Below are positions 24,720 to 37,516 of a stretch of 64,000 nucleotides of DNA, in pieces. The stretch covers positions 66,588,001-66,652,000 of the forward strand of contig NC_135892.1 of NCBI RefSeq assembly GCF_964194155.1, given 5' to 3'. The first letter of the stretch is position 1. Each line of letters begins with the position of its first letter. The notes beneath the pieces were generated by a model, which worked only from the letters and a program-made list of their open reading frames with translations, did not search any database and was not told the DNA's origin. Source of the DNA: Cetorhinus maximus (lineage: Eukaryota). The translations under genes were made by a program, and so were the position numbers.

Positions 24720-25990
24720 AGCCATGGAGGATAATACCAGGAATCTGGCCCTGAAAATCTGGGTACACTGCTGGAAAATGTTTAATGACCTCACACAAGT
24801 TATCAAGGTGAATTTTTAAATGTCATCTCCTCCCAACTGCACTACCATCCTCAAACACCACCACACGCCCTTCACTCAGTCATCAGCAATCTCTAGTAAT
24901 CAGGGATTATGCCTAAAATTCATATGCCCACTTCAGCCTCAGACATTTACCACTGGTGCAAGCCTTACACCCACATCTTGCAGCATCCAAATACTTTCAG
25001 CTAGACAGGCACACCAACATATTGCAATGCACTGACTGACACTCCTCCCTCTCTATTACAGGATGAGGTGGCACATAACAGAAGACAACAACAAAGAACT
25101 GGCAGGGGACAGGCACGGCTGCATGTCCTCACCACCAGGCACGTCTTGCTTTGCACCTACAGCCTCCTTCCCTCAACCCGACCCTTCCCTTGTGCATTTA
25201 TGTTTTCCAGATGAGGACTTAGATGGATAGCATACAGGAAAAAGCTGTGGTGAGTGTGTACAGAAATGATTGATGTATTGTAAGTTCTGCTAGGGTAGCT
25301 GCTTGTCACTATCAAAGACCATGGAGCAGTTAGAATCCAAATTGGTACAGGGTTTCACCCAGAGTTTGGAGCCCATCCTTTCCAGTGTGGAAGTGGTGGT
25401 CAACTCCATGAGAGCACATGCAGACCCATCTATGATGCAGCGTGTGATGTTCGATGTCTTAGCTTACATTGTAGCACAGGCAGAAGCCACCCAACATCAG
25501 AATGCTAAAGTGGAAGCTCAGACTGATGACATGAGATCCCTGCCTGTTTTCATGCAAGCCCAGTTTAGCGCCATGCAGGCTCGGACTACTGGCATCATGG
25601 TTTCAGATGCCAGTGCTCAAACAGGCTTGTAGAGTGTCACAACAGTCCAGCAGATTGATGGGTTGCTGACGCAGTGCGCAGGGGGAGTGGCAGTATCTCT
25701 GTGGTGCATGAACCTGCTGTCCTTTCTCAGAATGACAGTTTTTGTACTCCCACCACTGACATTCCACCAGTGCCACTGTTGTTGTTTGTCAGCCAGCCAT
25801 CCCAGGCAGATGCCAGCCATGCCAAGGTAGTATAGTTCAAAGTCACTCAAGGGCATCCAGCAAGGTTATCTACAGTTTCCTCTATTGACAGTCAGCAGCC
25901 TTCCATCAGCCATGATGTAGGGGCTAGGATAGTACTGCGTAGGAGCACTGGGCCATCAAAAGAACCCTCATAACAGGCACCAATGAGATG
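24720..25990 (+). pseudogene. Harbinger Myb/SANT-like gene remnant (3 exons)
   Basis: WVHCWKMFNDLTQVIK precedes a GT donor at 24808. cag|DEVAHNRRQQQRTGRG starts near 25062. ORF 25303-25632 is coiled-coil-like and a terminal LRRST motif follows. Confidence 0.75.
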
Positions 25991-26004
25991 TACAAAGAGT
26001 AGTC

Positions 26005-26150
26005 CATCCAGCCCATTCTAACCTGCTCCAGCATTCAACAAGATCATGGTTGATCTGATTGTGGCCTTAACTCCACTTTCTTGCCTGCCCTCATAACCCT
26101 TGACTCCCTTGTAGATCAAAAATCTATCTAGTTCAGTCTTGAATATATCC
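26005..26150 (-). mobile_element. CR1 (family A) 3' tail fragment
   Basis: cctgctccagcattcaacaagatcatggttgatct is the reverse complement of a sequence like the CR1 3' UTR at 2870-2915. Confidence 0.7.
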
Positions 26151-27089
26151 AAGATATTCCATTATCCCAACCCAACTAATTCCAGAGTTCAGGAACTACT
26201 TGGAGGCGGCCTCCCAGCAGCAGGTTGGAGGGCCATCAGAGCTTCCTCTCAAACACCCAATGATGGAGCCACAAGGCTGAAATGGCTGCAGCCACTGCCA
26301 CAATCACTCCTGTGGAGGAGATGCCCCTCCACATGGAGGGCCCTAACACCTTTGGGCCTTCTTGTTTTCAAAATTTTCTGCAGCCATCAGAGAACACCTC
26401 CATCTTGAGGCGCTCTCGTGCTCTCCTACCTGCCTCAGCAGCGCCCACCTCTCCCGGTGGGACTGCCGGCCATCCAGCACTGTGGGCCCTTTTAATAGGC
26501 TTCCCGTGTTGCAGTTCCCCCCACTAGCCTTAATTGGACAGTGAGCACAAAGGTGGTCTGTTAACTGGCTGCCTTCCCTAAGATCGCAACACCATGCAGA
26601 TGGCAGACACCAGCGGGGTTGGGATCTGGAAATGGCCCCAACCCTTGATTATTTTCTATGTCAAGAAGATTCTGCCAGTGTGTAGGAATCTAAATTGGCC
26701 TGATTGAGCGCTATACACATTTTATTTTTCTCAACAGTTATGAATTGTAGCAATTTACCAAGTTACAATTCCTTCTTTAGATTTGGCTTGTATTTTACTT
26801 TTATTCTCACTTTACCAAATAGACAAAAACCTTGGGTTCAAATTGTGACAAAGAAATTTTTAAGTACAAACAATTTTTTTAATCTAAAGATTGCTGAGTC
26901 TGGAGTTGTTGTATTGGTTAGACTATGGTTTTATTTAACTTGTTATCTCATTGTGAAACTAGCAGCCTTTGTTCATCCAAGTTCTCAATTGCTGACATAA
27001 GCCACATTGGAGTCTTTATTTAACAGCTGTGGAAGTTTGGAGATTTTTGGATAGAAATTGGTCATTATTACACCTGTTTTCCAGTTTTG

Positions 27090-30000
27090 CAAAGCCATGC
27101 CCTGTGCCCCAAGGCCACTGGAAAGATATCTGACGCCATATTGGCTGCAGCGGCCCTCTGAAAACAGGCAATAGGCCCTTTGCCTATGCTAATGAAGGAC
27201 AACCCCTCAAGGAAAATGGCTGCCTAAATGCAGCTGAGCCTGGTTTGCCGCCGTAAATGCAGCTGCTACCAAAAAGCTAAGCAAAAAGCATTTCTTTCTA
27301 ATTTTAATGTGAAGCCAGGAGGAGCAAGGCAGCCAAGGAAGCAGCCCAAAATCCAATCGTGAAAGCTGAGTTGCCTCATACTTTGAAAGGATCTGAGGCT
27401 CAATCTCAGTTCAGGTGCACGCTGACAGTCCAGAACCAATTCCAGGGCCAAAAAAAGAAGCCAGAAAGATTTCTACCCCTTTAATTTAGGGAAGAGGAAA
27501 GAAGTTCATATTTTGGCATGCACCTTGCTCATTGGGAGAATTTGAACTGACAGGGTGAGCGGCTTTCAGAGCAGGTGGCATGTGAAACCATCAGCATGTT
27601 GGGAAGCCTCCAGAAACCAGCCATTTCCACGTTTAACCTGAGCATGACTTGGAACAACTTGGATCTCAGGTGAGGAACAAGAGGGACAGCAGTAATACCA
27701 AGAGCAGCAGGAGCAGCACCAGCAGGACCAGCACCTGTCTTCTCCTTAACCACCAGCCACTCCATAGGACAGAGGGGACAGGCTCAGAGCTCCAGCTCAC
27801 AGGAGACAGTGTCCCCAACACGTTTTATACAGGCAGAGGATAAATGCCCTGGACAGGACTGAGCACCTGTCCCTCAGGAGGCTCAGACTTTCCTGTCAAG
27901 TAGTCGCATTTTTTCAACCTCCTGGAAAAAGACCTCATGCCAACTGGGCCAAGTGGGACTACCAGAGTCCTGTCAAAGTCACTATATCCCTAAGTTTCTT
28001 TGCCTTGTGCTCCTTTCAGGGATCTTCTGCTGAAATTTGTAGAATTTTGCAATCTGATGCCCAGAAGTGCATCTCACAGGTGATGAATGCCATGCTTAAC
28101 AGGATCAACTGTGTGCTTGACAACTGATGATGCTAGTCAGAAAGAGTGGGCACTCGGATTTGCTACTCTGGCTGGATGCCCACAGCTCCTGGGAGTCATT
28201 GATTAAATGCATGTGGCAATCAAGGTGGTACCAGATTACCCAGAAACAGAAAGGGATTCCACCCTATCAATCCTTAGTTAGTCTGCAACCAAAAAAAGAT
28301 GCATCATGCATGTCTGTGCAACAGGTCCAGGGAGCCGCCATGATGGCTGGAGACAGCAACACGGAAAACCTTGAAACAAACGACACTGCATCACGATAGA
28401 GTTTCTGTGCTTAGGCCGCTTGGTGATAATCAGAGATTTTGAAAATCAAACAGGCCTCGAGGAATTGAGAGATGGTTGCTGGCTGTTTGGTCAGCTGGGA
28501 GCTGCTGGAATTCTTTCCAGTTGGTGTTCAAGCAACAGATTGAGCTGTGAGGCTAGGTATGTAAATTAAAATGATCCAAAAGGCTAGAAGTATGAGGCCA
28601 TCTGACATTAATGAGTTAATTGCAGCCTCACAAGCAGTGGAACCAAGATCTGAAAGCTGCTCAACTAAAAGTACATCAACAGGAAAGATATCATTCTCTA
28701 GGACCTCAATCTCCAAGAGGTCACTCAGTACTCCAAGGTGTTCTTCCTCATCACTCTCTAGGAAGAGTCAATTCAGGTCCAGCAGGTCTTCATGGGGATG
28801 GTCACTATCTGCTGCAGTATCCGCCACCCCTGGCCTTACTTTGTGAAGGACTAAGAGATTCATAACCTCAATCTCCACCCAGGGTCTACTGGGTGGTGTC
28901 TCTGTGAAAGAAAGGAACTTACAGCTGAGTGTATAAACTTCCTCAGCTTCTGAAAGCTGAATTTCCACATGAAAGATAGTGAGTCATTTAAATGATGCGC
29001 AACATGTGATTTTTCCAGGATTCCTAGAAGTATGGCAACATCGCCACTCAATAAGGATGTACGTTGAGTGTGGAGAACATAGAGAGGATCAACAATCTGT
29101 TGCCACTTTGTAGCAAAGAGGAGCAATAATCCTACCTTTATTGGAAGGCCTATGCTGCCTGGACCTTGTAACTTGAAGTCTGACAGATGAAGTGTCATTG
29201 ACTGAAGCCAGTCAAAGTCATCCACTAATATGTTAACGGCCGCTCCAGCATCAATTTTAAAAGTAGTATCAAAGCCTTGAACATGGACTGTACCAGTAGT
29301 CTGGCTTAAGACTATCTATTTTCCCTAGGAACTCTGTAATTTTGTCTTTTTTTGGCTTTACATTTCTTTGGAAGGAATGTTTTTCATAAATACTTTCTGA
29401 TCTTCAATTAAAATTGCTGGATTTGCAGAAATGCTTCAAATGCCCAGTTTTGCTACATTGGAAGCATCCCACACCTCCTGCAGGGCAGTCTAGGCATCTA
29501 TGCTGAGGTTTCGCACCACAAACATCTCAAAATGGCTGGCAGCATGGAGTTTACCGCACCTTTGCTTGATTTGGTGGACTTTCTTATGGGTAGGGCTGTT
29601 GCTTTCAAAGGTTTCTTCACTCTGTGATTCCTTCGATAACACTGATGTGTTTTTTATATTAATGCTCCCACAGCTGCCACCATGTCCTGAGATGGGTCCT
29701 TTGGTCTTGGACGCTAGGCATGAGATTTGGTTCTTAGACATACTCTGGTAACTAATTAACATTTGTTTACTAGTACTACATCTATATAAGTTACAGAGTA
29801 GGCACATTGCTCCTAGGCATGAGTTCAACCTCTCTCTCAACAGTGTCTAACACATGACTGACTGAAGTCAGTAGTACATCATCATATATGTCATACATTA
29901 GTCTTTCCTATCTTTTAACCCTTTATACTACACAAGCAATCAAGTAAGCAATAAGGGTTGTGTTGCAAAGATGCACGGGAGTTTAAGATGTGCCTATACA

Positions 30001-31900
30001 AAGCAGACCCTGTGTGATGAATGACACACATGGTGACCACACATACCCATGCCACCAGTTCACTTTTATACTCGGTGTTTAAGTCAACTCCATTTTTGGA
30101 GGGATTTTTCGAGGCTTCAAAGGTTGACTTATATGCTGACATCTACAGTATTCACACTCCAAAGCAGAGTTAGCAAATGGGTCCTTGGAGATAAGGGCTA
30201 CCCTTTGAAGATGTGGCTGATGACATCTCTGAGAAGAGGCACCCAGGAAAGAACAGAAGCTTCATGAGTATCAGAGTTGTAGTTGCACAAGCCATTAGGA
30301 CACTGAAGATGCGATACAGGTGCCTGAACAAGATCTGGGCACCCTTCAGTATAAATCAGCCAGTGTTTCCTGTATGGTAATGGTCTGCAGTGCCTTGCAC
30401 ACATTGAACAGCAGAGAGGACTGGAGCTCCAGAAGGAGGACGGTGGTGAACGTGCTGTATCATTAGAAGAGGAGGAGGACCAGAGTGTGTTGACAGCACC
30501 AATAGCTGCATACCTAGCTGGCAGAGGTGCCATGGACAGCCTGAATCAGTCATGCTTCAGTTAACCTGAGGCATGTAGCCACCTGGCACACCAATGCTGA
30601 ACCCACTGTGCCTCCCAGCTCCCAGTACAAAACTTCCACAATCAACAATTTATATCTCTCACAGACACCCATTGCTTGTTTTTAACTTTTGTCCTACCAT
30701 TCTTCACTAGACAGAAGGCCACTTGGCAGGCAGCAGGCAAAGTGGGCAAGTCAGAATAATAGAGTAGTGAAATAAATTTTATGCCACATAAACATGAAAC
30801 AGAAATGTTATACTGTAACACTGTATTAAATACCCAAGTGAATACCCTTGTGCAACTACAAACCCTTTCTCTTGTTTTTTCACTGCTCCTACATGGTACA
30901 ACAGAGCTAGAAGCAGACTGCTCAAATCCCTGCTCTGACTGTTCAGATGCTCTTGGCTGTTGTCCTCTGGATTTGAGAGGCAAGCAACACCCCACCAAAG
31001 ACTTTCCATCTATACTTATTCAGGGGCATACTCATCCATCGGGACAGCATGTGGTGCTCTGGCTGGGTGGAGGGGGGGAGGGGGGGGAGGGTCAGAATGG
31101 AAGCATTTTGAGCAGAGTCTCCACTTCCATATGCCATCTCTGTATCATCCCTCTCATGGTCTGCTTGCAATTCTCTCCTTGCCTAGAGCATGAGAGTACT
31201 TTGCTGCACTTCAGGGGTGATTGCGAGGTAACAGTCTGAGTATGCAGGCCATGGCCAGCATACACTCAATGCAAATGCCCTCTTTCTCCCTGGACATAAA
31301 TATCAGTGCAAAGGCCTGAGATACCATGGCATTCATGCTGGACTAGATTGCAGCTGGAAATGCCAGCAGAACCTCACACATTTTCTGCTGTGGCTCCAAA
31401 ATCACCATCTTCAGGCTCAGCATCTGCATCCAATTAAACAGAGCTTAGAGGATCTTAAATCTTCCAACTGAGATTCTCCACTCCTGTATCTACCTCCACC
31501 TTCTGCTTCTGCTCATTTCTGGTGTGTGATTCACCACGGGACACCGCAATCACATGTCTTGGTAACCCCACCGACATATGCGAATCTGTGCTGGTGGAGG
31601 GTGTACACATCAGTCATGTCATAGTCCATTCCAGAGTGAGTGACCTCCTCTGTAGTGTCTTCCAGAGAAGCATCACTGAAGTGCGGTGCTGCCTTGGCAC
31701 GTTGCGACTCCATTTCTGCAGGGTTTGACTCTCTCTGGCAACCTTCAAGTCTGGTTTTCATACAGTCCCTTGAAATAATGGAGCAGAGAGAGACTGATGT
31801 GGGTCATCATCATGCTTGCTCACTAGTGAGAAACCTGGAAGTCAGGTGCAAATATAGTGGCTGGATTAAAAAGTTGACAAGTGCACTCCTGAACCATCAG
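27090..31900 (+). mobile_element. Decayed Harbinger (transposase +, Myb -), interrupted by an LTR retroelement remnant
   Basis: CLRRLRLS near 27870, PGSRHD near 28330, and WVLGDKGYPLKMWLMTSLR near 30180. The minus strand reads MESQRAKAAPHFSDASLE near 31715. Termini were not resolved. Confidence 0.75.
28345..30150 (-). mobile_element. Gypsy/Ty3-like LTR retrotransposon remnant (gag zinc knuckle + aspartic protease)
   Basis: 29466-29425 (-) reads CFQCSKTGHLKHFC (CX2CX4HX4C). About 29290-29225 reads VHVQGFDTTFKIDAGAAVNIL, a retropepsin D-T/S-G-like motif. Confidence 0.8.
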
Positions 31901-32117
31901 GGCTCTTGAAGCTTTGCCAGATTCCTCCAGGTCAGAAAATTAAAATAGAATCCATTATCTCCAAACATCCTTCAGATATTTTTAAAATTCTAGATGATCT
32001 AATTTCAGTGAATATGCCATTGGTTACACATGTCTTTTACATCAAATGTGCACATCACCTTTTATCTAATTACTATTTTATATCTGCACATTCCAAACAT
32101 GAAGAAAATTGAGATCA

Positions 32118-32780
32118 TTTTTTATCATTCATTTCCAGGATGTGGGCATCACTGGCTAGACCAACATTTATTGCCCATCCCTAGTTGACCTTGATAAGGT
32201 GGTGGTGAGCTGCCTTCTTGAACCGTTGCAGTCCATGTGGTGTAGGTACACCCACGGTGCTGTTAGGAAGGGAGTTCCAGGATTTTGACCCAGCCACAGT
32301 GAAGGATCAGTGATGTAGTTCCAAGTCAGGCTGACAAGTGACTTGGAAGGGAACTTCCAGGTGGTGGTGTTCCCATTTATCTACTGCCCTTTCCCTTCTA
32401 AATGGTAGTGGTCGTGGGTTTGGAAGGTGCTGTCGAAGGAGCCTTGGTGAATTCCTGTAGTGCATCTTGAAGATGGTGCACACTGCTGCTACTATGCATC
32501 AGTGATGGAAGGAGTGAATGTCTGTGGATGTGGTGTCAATCAAGCAGGCTGCTTTGTCCTGGATGGTGTCAAGATTCTTGAGTGTTGTGGGAGTTGCACT
32601 CATCCGGGCAAGTGGGGAGTTTTCCATCACACTCCTGACTTGTGCATTGTAGATGGTGGACAGGCTTTGGGGAGTCAGGAGGTGAGTTACTCATCGCACG
32701 ATTCCTAGTCTCTGACCTGCTCTTGTAGCCACAGTATTTACATGACGAGTCCAGTTCAGTTTCTGGTCAATGGTAACCCA
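32118..32780 (-). mobile_element. CR1 LINE (family B) 3' fragment
   Basis: Colinear with the copies at 15035 and 22260, and carries the same tail. Confidence 0.92.
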
Positions 32781-32788
32781 TGGTAATA

Positions 32789-34226
32789 TGTTGGCTTATG
32801 GTATCATATTACCAAAGCATGTATATATTTTTCAAAGACACAAGTTTGTTGTCAGTACGTTGTTATACTTACCTTGCTGAGTTTGGAGGCTGGGACTGTC
32901 TTCGGACTTGCCGCGCATGAGCACTCTGGGAGCAGGCTGCACATACACATTTCTCCATCTTTACGTTCTATGGGCCCAGGACAGGCCCAGTGCACCTGTG
33001 CATTAGGAAAAGAAGAGAAGGGTGCAAAAACCTGGGTCAGATGACCTGGTGCAGGGTGCCATGGCAAGCAAGTGTCCCAGGTAGGGGGCAAAGGAGAGGA
33101 GACAGGGAGAGTTTCCAAGAAGTGTCCCAGGTAGGGGATAAGGCAGGGGGGCAGAGAGAGGTCCCAAGAGGAAGGCCCAGGTAAGGGATAATGACCAGGG
33201 CCAGAAACAGGCCCCAGTTAAGTTCAGTTAAAAGAGAGAAGCAGAGAAACAGGCTCCAAGTTAGAGAAAGGGTTGCAGGGAGGACACTCTAAAGAGGGTC
33301 ATTGGGGAAAAGTTACCCCTCTGGAGCAGTAGTGTTCTGCTTGGCACAGCAAAGATCTGATATTGTGCCTGTAATTTGGCGCTTGGGTGCATAGTCGGGA
33401 ATCTAGGGGAATGCGATCTCAGAAGGTGAGATTGAAACCCTGCAAGGTGGGCCATGGTTTATGTCATCTGAGTTTGGTAATTGAAGAGGGCTCAAGAGAA
33501 GCCTGAAGATCCAAGAAGACAGCCGAATGTTGGCAGCTCCATGCTGTGGGCCATTGAGGCAAAGGTATCCCTTTGGAGCAGAGGTGTTCTGTTTGGCACA
33601 GCCGCGGAGCTGAAATTGTGCTTGTAAATTGATGCTTGAGTGTGCTCAGGAATCCAGGGGAACGTAATCTCAGAAGGTGGGATTGAAACGCTGTGAGATG
33701 GGTTGTCGTTGAAGCCCTCCAAGTTGGAGCGACTTTTATAGAGAATTCCGAGGCGAGATCTTCGAAGGTGATGATTAGAAATCCTCATGACAGACAGAGT
33801 ATTAGTGAGATTAGTTGACTCATAGTGTGCCTAACGTCTGGATAGGTTGTTGAGAAATCCATGGAATCCATTTTGATGGCATCTGCCATTTATTGTGTAG
33901 TGTGGTGTGTCCGACCACAGTTTGCCTGTTAATTTACATGTACTTCACACTTACCCTGAATGTTAGAGTGTAAGATAGATATTGTAAATTGCTTTACCTT
34001 TCTGGCCTTGCTTAGCAAAGTTTAGATTTTGTTTGTACAAAACCCATGGAACCCTTTGGCTTTATTATATTAGCAAGTGTTTTGAATCTCAAACTTTGTC
34101 AACATTAAACAAAACATTATTTGCTCCTAACCAGATCTCACCAACAATTTGGGTGCCTGGCCAAGAATCATATCAACGTATCGCATCTTTGGTCTTGAGA
34201 ATTCCTTCAACAACTATGTAGTAACA
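32789..34226 (+). mobile_element. LTR-like non-coding element with internal direct repeats
   Basis: tgtt...aaca termini. A roughly 130-bp diverged repeat occurs at 33310-33442 and 33561-33693, and short gtcccaggtagggg repeats at 33070-33260. No clear TSD. Confidence 0.4.
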
Positions 34227-34324
34227 AAATAAAATGTGTTGATTAATAATGGTGTTTGTGTTTGTTTTGAGTTCCATTTTATCATTTTCCTGTCTTTCAG
34301 CAAAAAATACCAGACTGAAATGTA

Positions 34325-35110
34325 AGAATATAAGAACATAAGAAATAAGAATTAGAGTAGGCCATTTGGCCCTTCAAGCCTGCTGTGCCATTCAGTAAGA
34401 TCATGGCTGATCTCCTATCCCAACTGCACAGCTTGTGCACTATCCCCATATGCCTTAATTCCGTACCTTAGTACCCAAAAATCTATCAATCTTTGTCTTA
34501 ATTATATTTAATGACTTGGCATCCACAGATCTCTGGTGCAAAGAATTCCAAAGATCCACATCCTTTGAGTATAGAATTTTCCCCTCATCTCAGTCCTAAA
34601 TGTACAACCCCTTGCTCTGAGACTGTGAATCTCTAGGTCTGGACTCTCCAGCCACTGGAAATATTCTCCAAGCGCCTTAAGATTTTTGTAAATTACAGTG
34701 ATATCACTCCTTATTCTTCTAAATTCTAGAGATTATAGGCCAAGTCAACTCAATCTCTTGTCAAAAGACAATCTCCTGAATCCCAAGAACCCATCTAGTG
34801 AACCTTCATTGTGCTCGCTCCGAAGCTAGTATATACTTCCGTAGGTAAGGAAAAAAAAATTGTACAAAGTACTCCAGCTGTGGTCTTACTATACAAGTGC
34901 AGTAAGACTTCTTACATTCCAATCCCATTTTAATAAAGGCTAACATACCATTTGCTTTCCTAATTGCTTGCTGTAACTGCATGGTAACTTTCTGTGATTC
35001 ATGTACAACAATATCCAATTTCCTCTGAATATCAACAATTTTCCACCCTCTCACCATTTCAAAATATTCTGCTTTTCTAAAATGGTTAACTTCACACTTT
35101 TTCACATTAT
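34325..35110 (-). mobile_element. CR1 LINE (family A) 3' fragment with deletions
   Basis: NVKKCEVNHF..QQAIRKANGMLAFI..RPQLEYFVQF, with the tail aagaacataagaaataaga. Confidence 0.9.
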
Positions 35111-35907
35111 CTATTTTTTTTAATTCATTCATTGGGTGTGGGTGTCACTGGCTAGGGCAGAATGTATTGCCCATCCCTAATTGCCCTTGAGAAGGTGGTG
35201 GTGAGCTGCCTTCTTGAACTGCTGCACGTGGTGTAGGCAACACCCACAGTGCTGTTTGGGAAAAAGTTCCAGATTTTGACCCAAGGAGCAGCATTATGTT
35301 TCCAAGTCAGGACAGTATGTGGCTTAGGGGGGAACTTCCAGGTGATAGTGTTCCCATGGGCGGAATCATCTGGTGATGTATGCAGCAGGCGTGGCGAGGG
35401 GGGCGCAATTCGGTGGGAGGGACAGAAATCGGTTTCACATAGGCATGAAATCACAGTGGAATCATCTGGTGGTGTCTTCCATGGTAGAGCATGAATCCCA
35501 CTGGAGGCAGGCATGAACCCAATTTGCATCCCGGTAATGAATGCAAAGGAAGGCCCGTCCTGAATCATCCATCCACACCCAATTTACCATTACACCGGTG
35601 GGAAAACACTTTAGCCCAGAACATGTCTGGTCAAGTGTGACATGCAGAAGTTGGGACTCACCTTTAGGGCCTTGCTCAGACCGCGGACATCCATGGAGAG
35701 GAAGCTGCTGGAGGCCTACGGCTACTGGACTCTGGAGGAACACATGCATCACAGGCTGGGTGGATTCTCATGGACTTGGCTCCGCCATGAAGCAGCTCCT
35801 GGAAGGTGGGAGGTCTCCACTGATGTCTCGGGTCTGCTTCAGAACACCACAGTCTTGGCCATCGGCAGCTATGGATGATCAGTGAGGTGGGGGAGAGGAA
35901 AGATCCA

Positions 35908-36256
35908 GCTGTGAGTGGCAGAGGAAGGTGTACTGGGGCTGTGTGAGTGGCAGAGGAAAGTGTACTGGGGCTGTGTGAGTGGGAGAGGAAGGTGTACTGG
36001 GGCTGTGTGAGTGGGAAAGGAAAGTGTACTGGGGCTGTGTGAGTGGGAGAGGAAAGTGTACTGGGGCTGTGTGAGTGGGAGAGGAAGGTGTACTGGGGCT
36101 GTGTGAGTGGCAGAGGAAGGTGTACTGGGGCTGTGTGAGTGGGAGAGGAAGGTTTACTGGGGCTGTGTGAGTGGGAGAGGAAAGTGTACTGGGGCTGTGT
36201 GAGTGGGAGAGGAAGGTTTACTGGGGCTCTGTGAGTGGCAGAGGAAGGTGTACTGG
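35908..36256. repeat. Minisatellite, about 11 x 32 bp (gagtgggagaggaaggtgtactggggctgtgt)
   Basis: The unit recurs every 32 nt from 35913 to 36233. G-rich low-complexity sequence follows to about 37060. Confidence 0.97.
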
Positions 36257-37516
36257 AGGGTGATCTTGGGAGGAGAGGCTGAAAGTGTCGGGGTGGGTAA
36301 GGTTTGGAGGGAGAGACGAAGGTGTTGGGGGGTTCGGGTTGGGAGGGAGAGACGAAGTTGTTGGGGGGGTGAGGTTGGGGAGAGGCGACGGTTCCGAGGG
36401 GGTGAGATTGGGAGAGGGAGGAGAGGAAACAGGGGGAATAGGGTGTAATGAGGGAGAATGCTGCAGCTGGGGAGGTAGGTGTAAGGGGAAGGTGGAAGGG
36501 AGGGATTGCGGAGTGGGGAGGTGTTCATTGGAGGAGGGAATGTAGAGAGGGGAAAGTTCGGGGGAGGAGGGAGCAAGGGTGGCGGAGGGAATAAAGGGAG
36601 GAGAGTGTAAGGGTGGAGGAGGGAGTAGGGCAGAGGAGAGAGTAAGGAGATGGGGGAATGTCCAGGTGAACGTGCAAGGAGGGGTCTATAGAGTTAATGA
36701 CTGCCTCCTGGGGAGCAAATTGAAGGTGGGCATGGTAGGAGGGAATGGTGAGTGCGAGAGGAGGCAGAGGGAGCCGGTGTGGTGGGAGGGTGAGAGTACG
36801 CTGGTAACGGTAAAAGGGATGGCGATGGTGGTTGGTGGGGACTCGGAGGCAGACACGGACCCTGGGGGTGGGAAGGAAGAAGTTGGGGAGGTCAATGTGG
36901 ATGGGGGTGGGGTTCTTAGGAAGTTAGGGAGCGTGCACATTCACCGGGACATCCTGGAATGACAAGGGTTCAGGTTGGTAGGTGATTGTGGGAAAGTGGA
37001 AGGTGATGCCAGGGAGTCAACAGTGTTGGGTTAAAGGACATGGGTGGCTGGGGGAGGGGAAAGGACAGATGCTAATATACTTGACCATGACCATCGCTGT
37101 TGAAACCAAAAGTGAGCGGAGCCTCGTGTTGGACAGGCACAGGTGCTGCATGGGAGTGTGATCAGTGGGTGGGTGGAGATGCAGGTCAGCTCAGATGGAC
37201 AACTGAAAGAGACCCCCAGCTGAGAGCATTGAAAATGCTCAGCACAGTGAGATGAGTGTGATGGATGAAGGCTCCGCAGGCATGGGAGAGTGCTTGCACG
37301 AGGCTCCGGATGACCCTGCCACAGACACTTCCCCCTCCAGAATCACTCGTGGTCCGGCTGCGTGCAGCTGAACTGCTAGTGGGGGGGGATGGATGGGAGG
37401 ACTCGCGAAGCCTAACAATGAAACTGAAAGACAACATTACACATTATTCAGCAAAGGTGAATGTATTTTCAGATTATAAAGTGACAAAATGTGTCCACCC
37501 ATGCAACCACTTGTGA

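Noticed and set aside
35908-36256. 32-bp repeats resembling a CRISPR array
   Set aside because: The units are head-to-tail with no unique spacers, there are no cas genes, and the context is eukaryotic. It is a minisatellite.
36154-36962. Pro-rich and Gly-rich ORFs
   Set aside because: They are by-products of G-rich low-complexity sequence.
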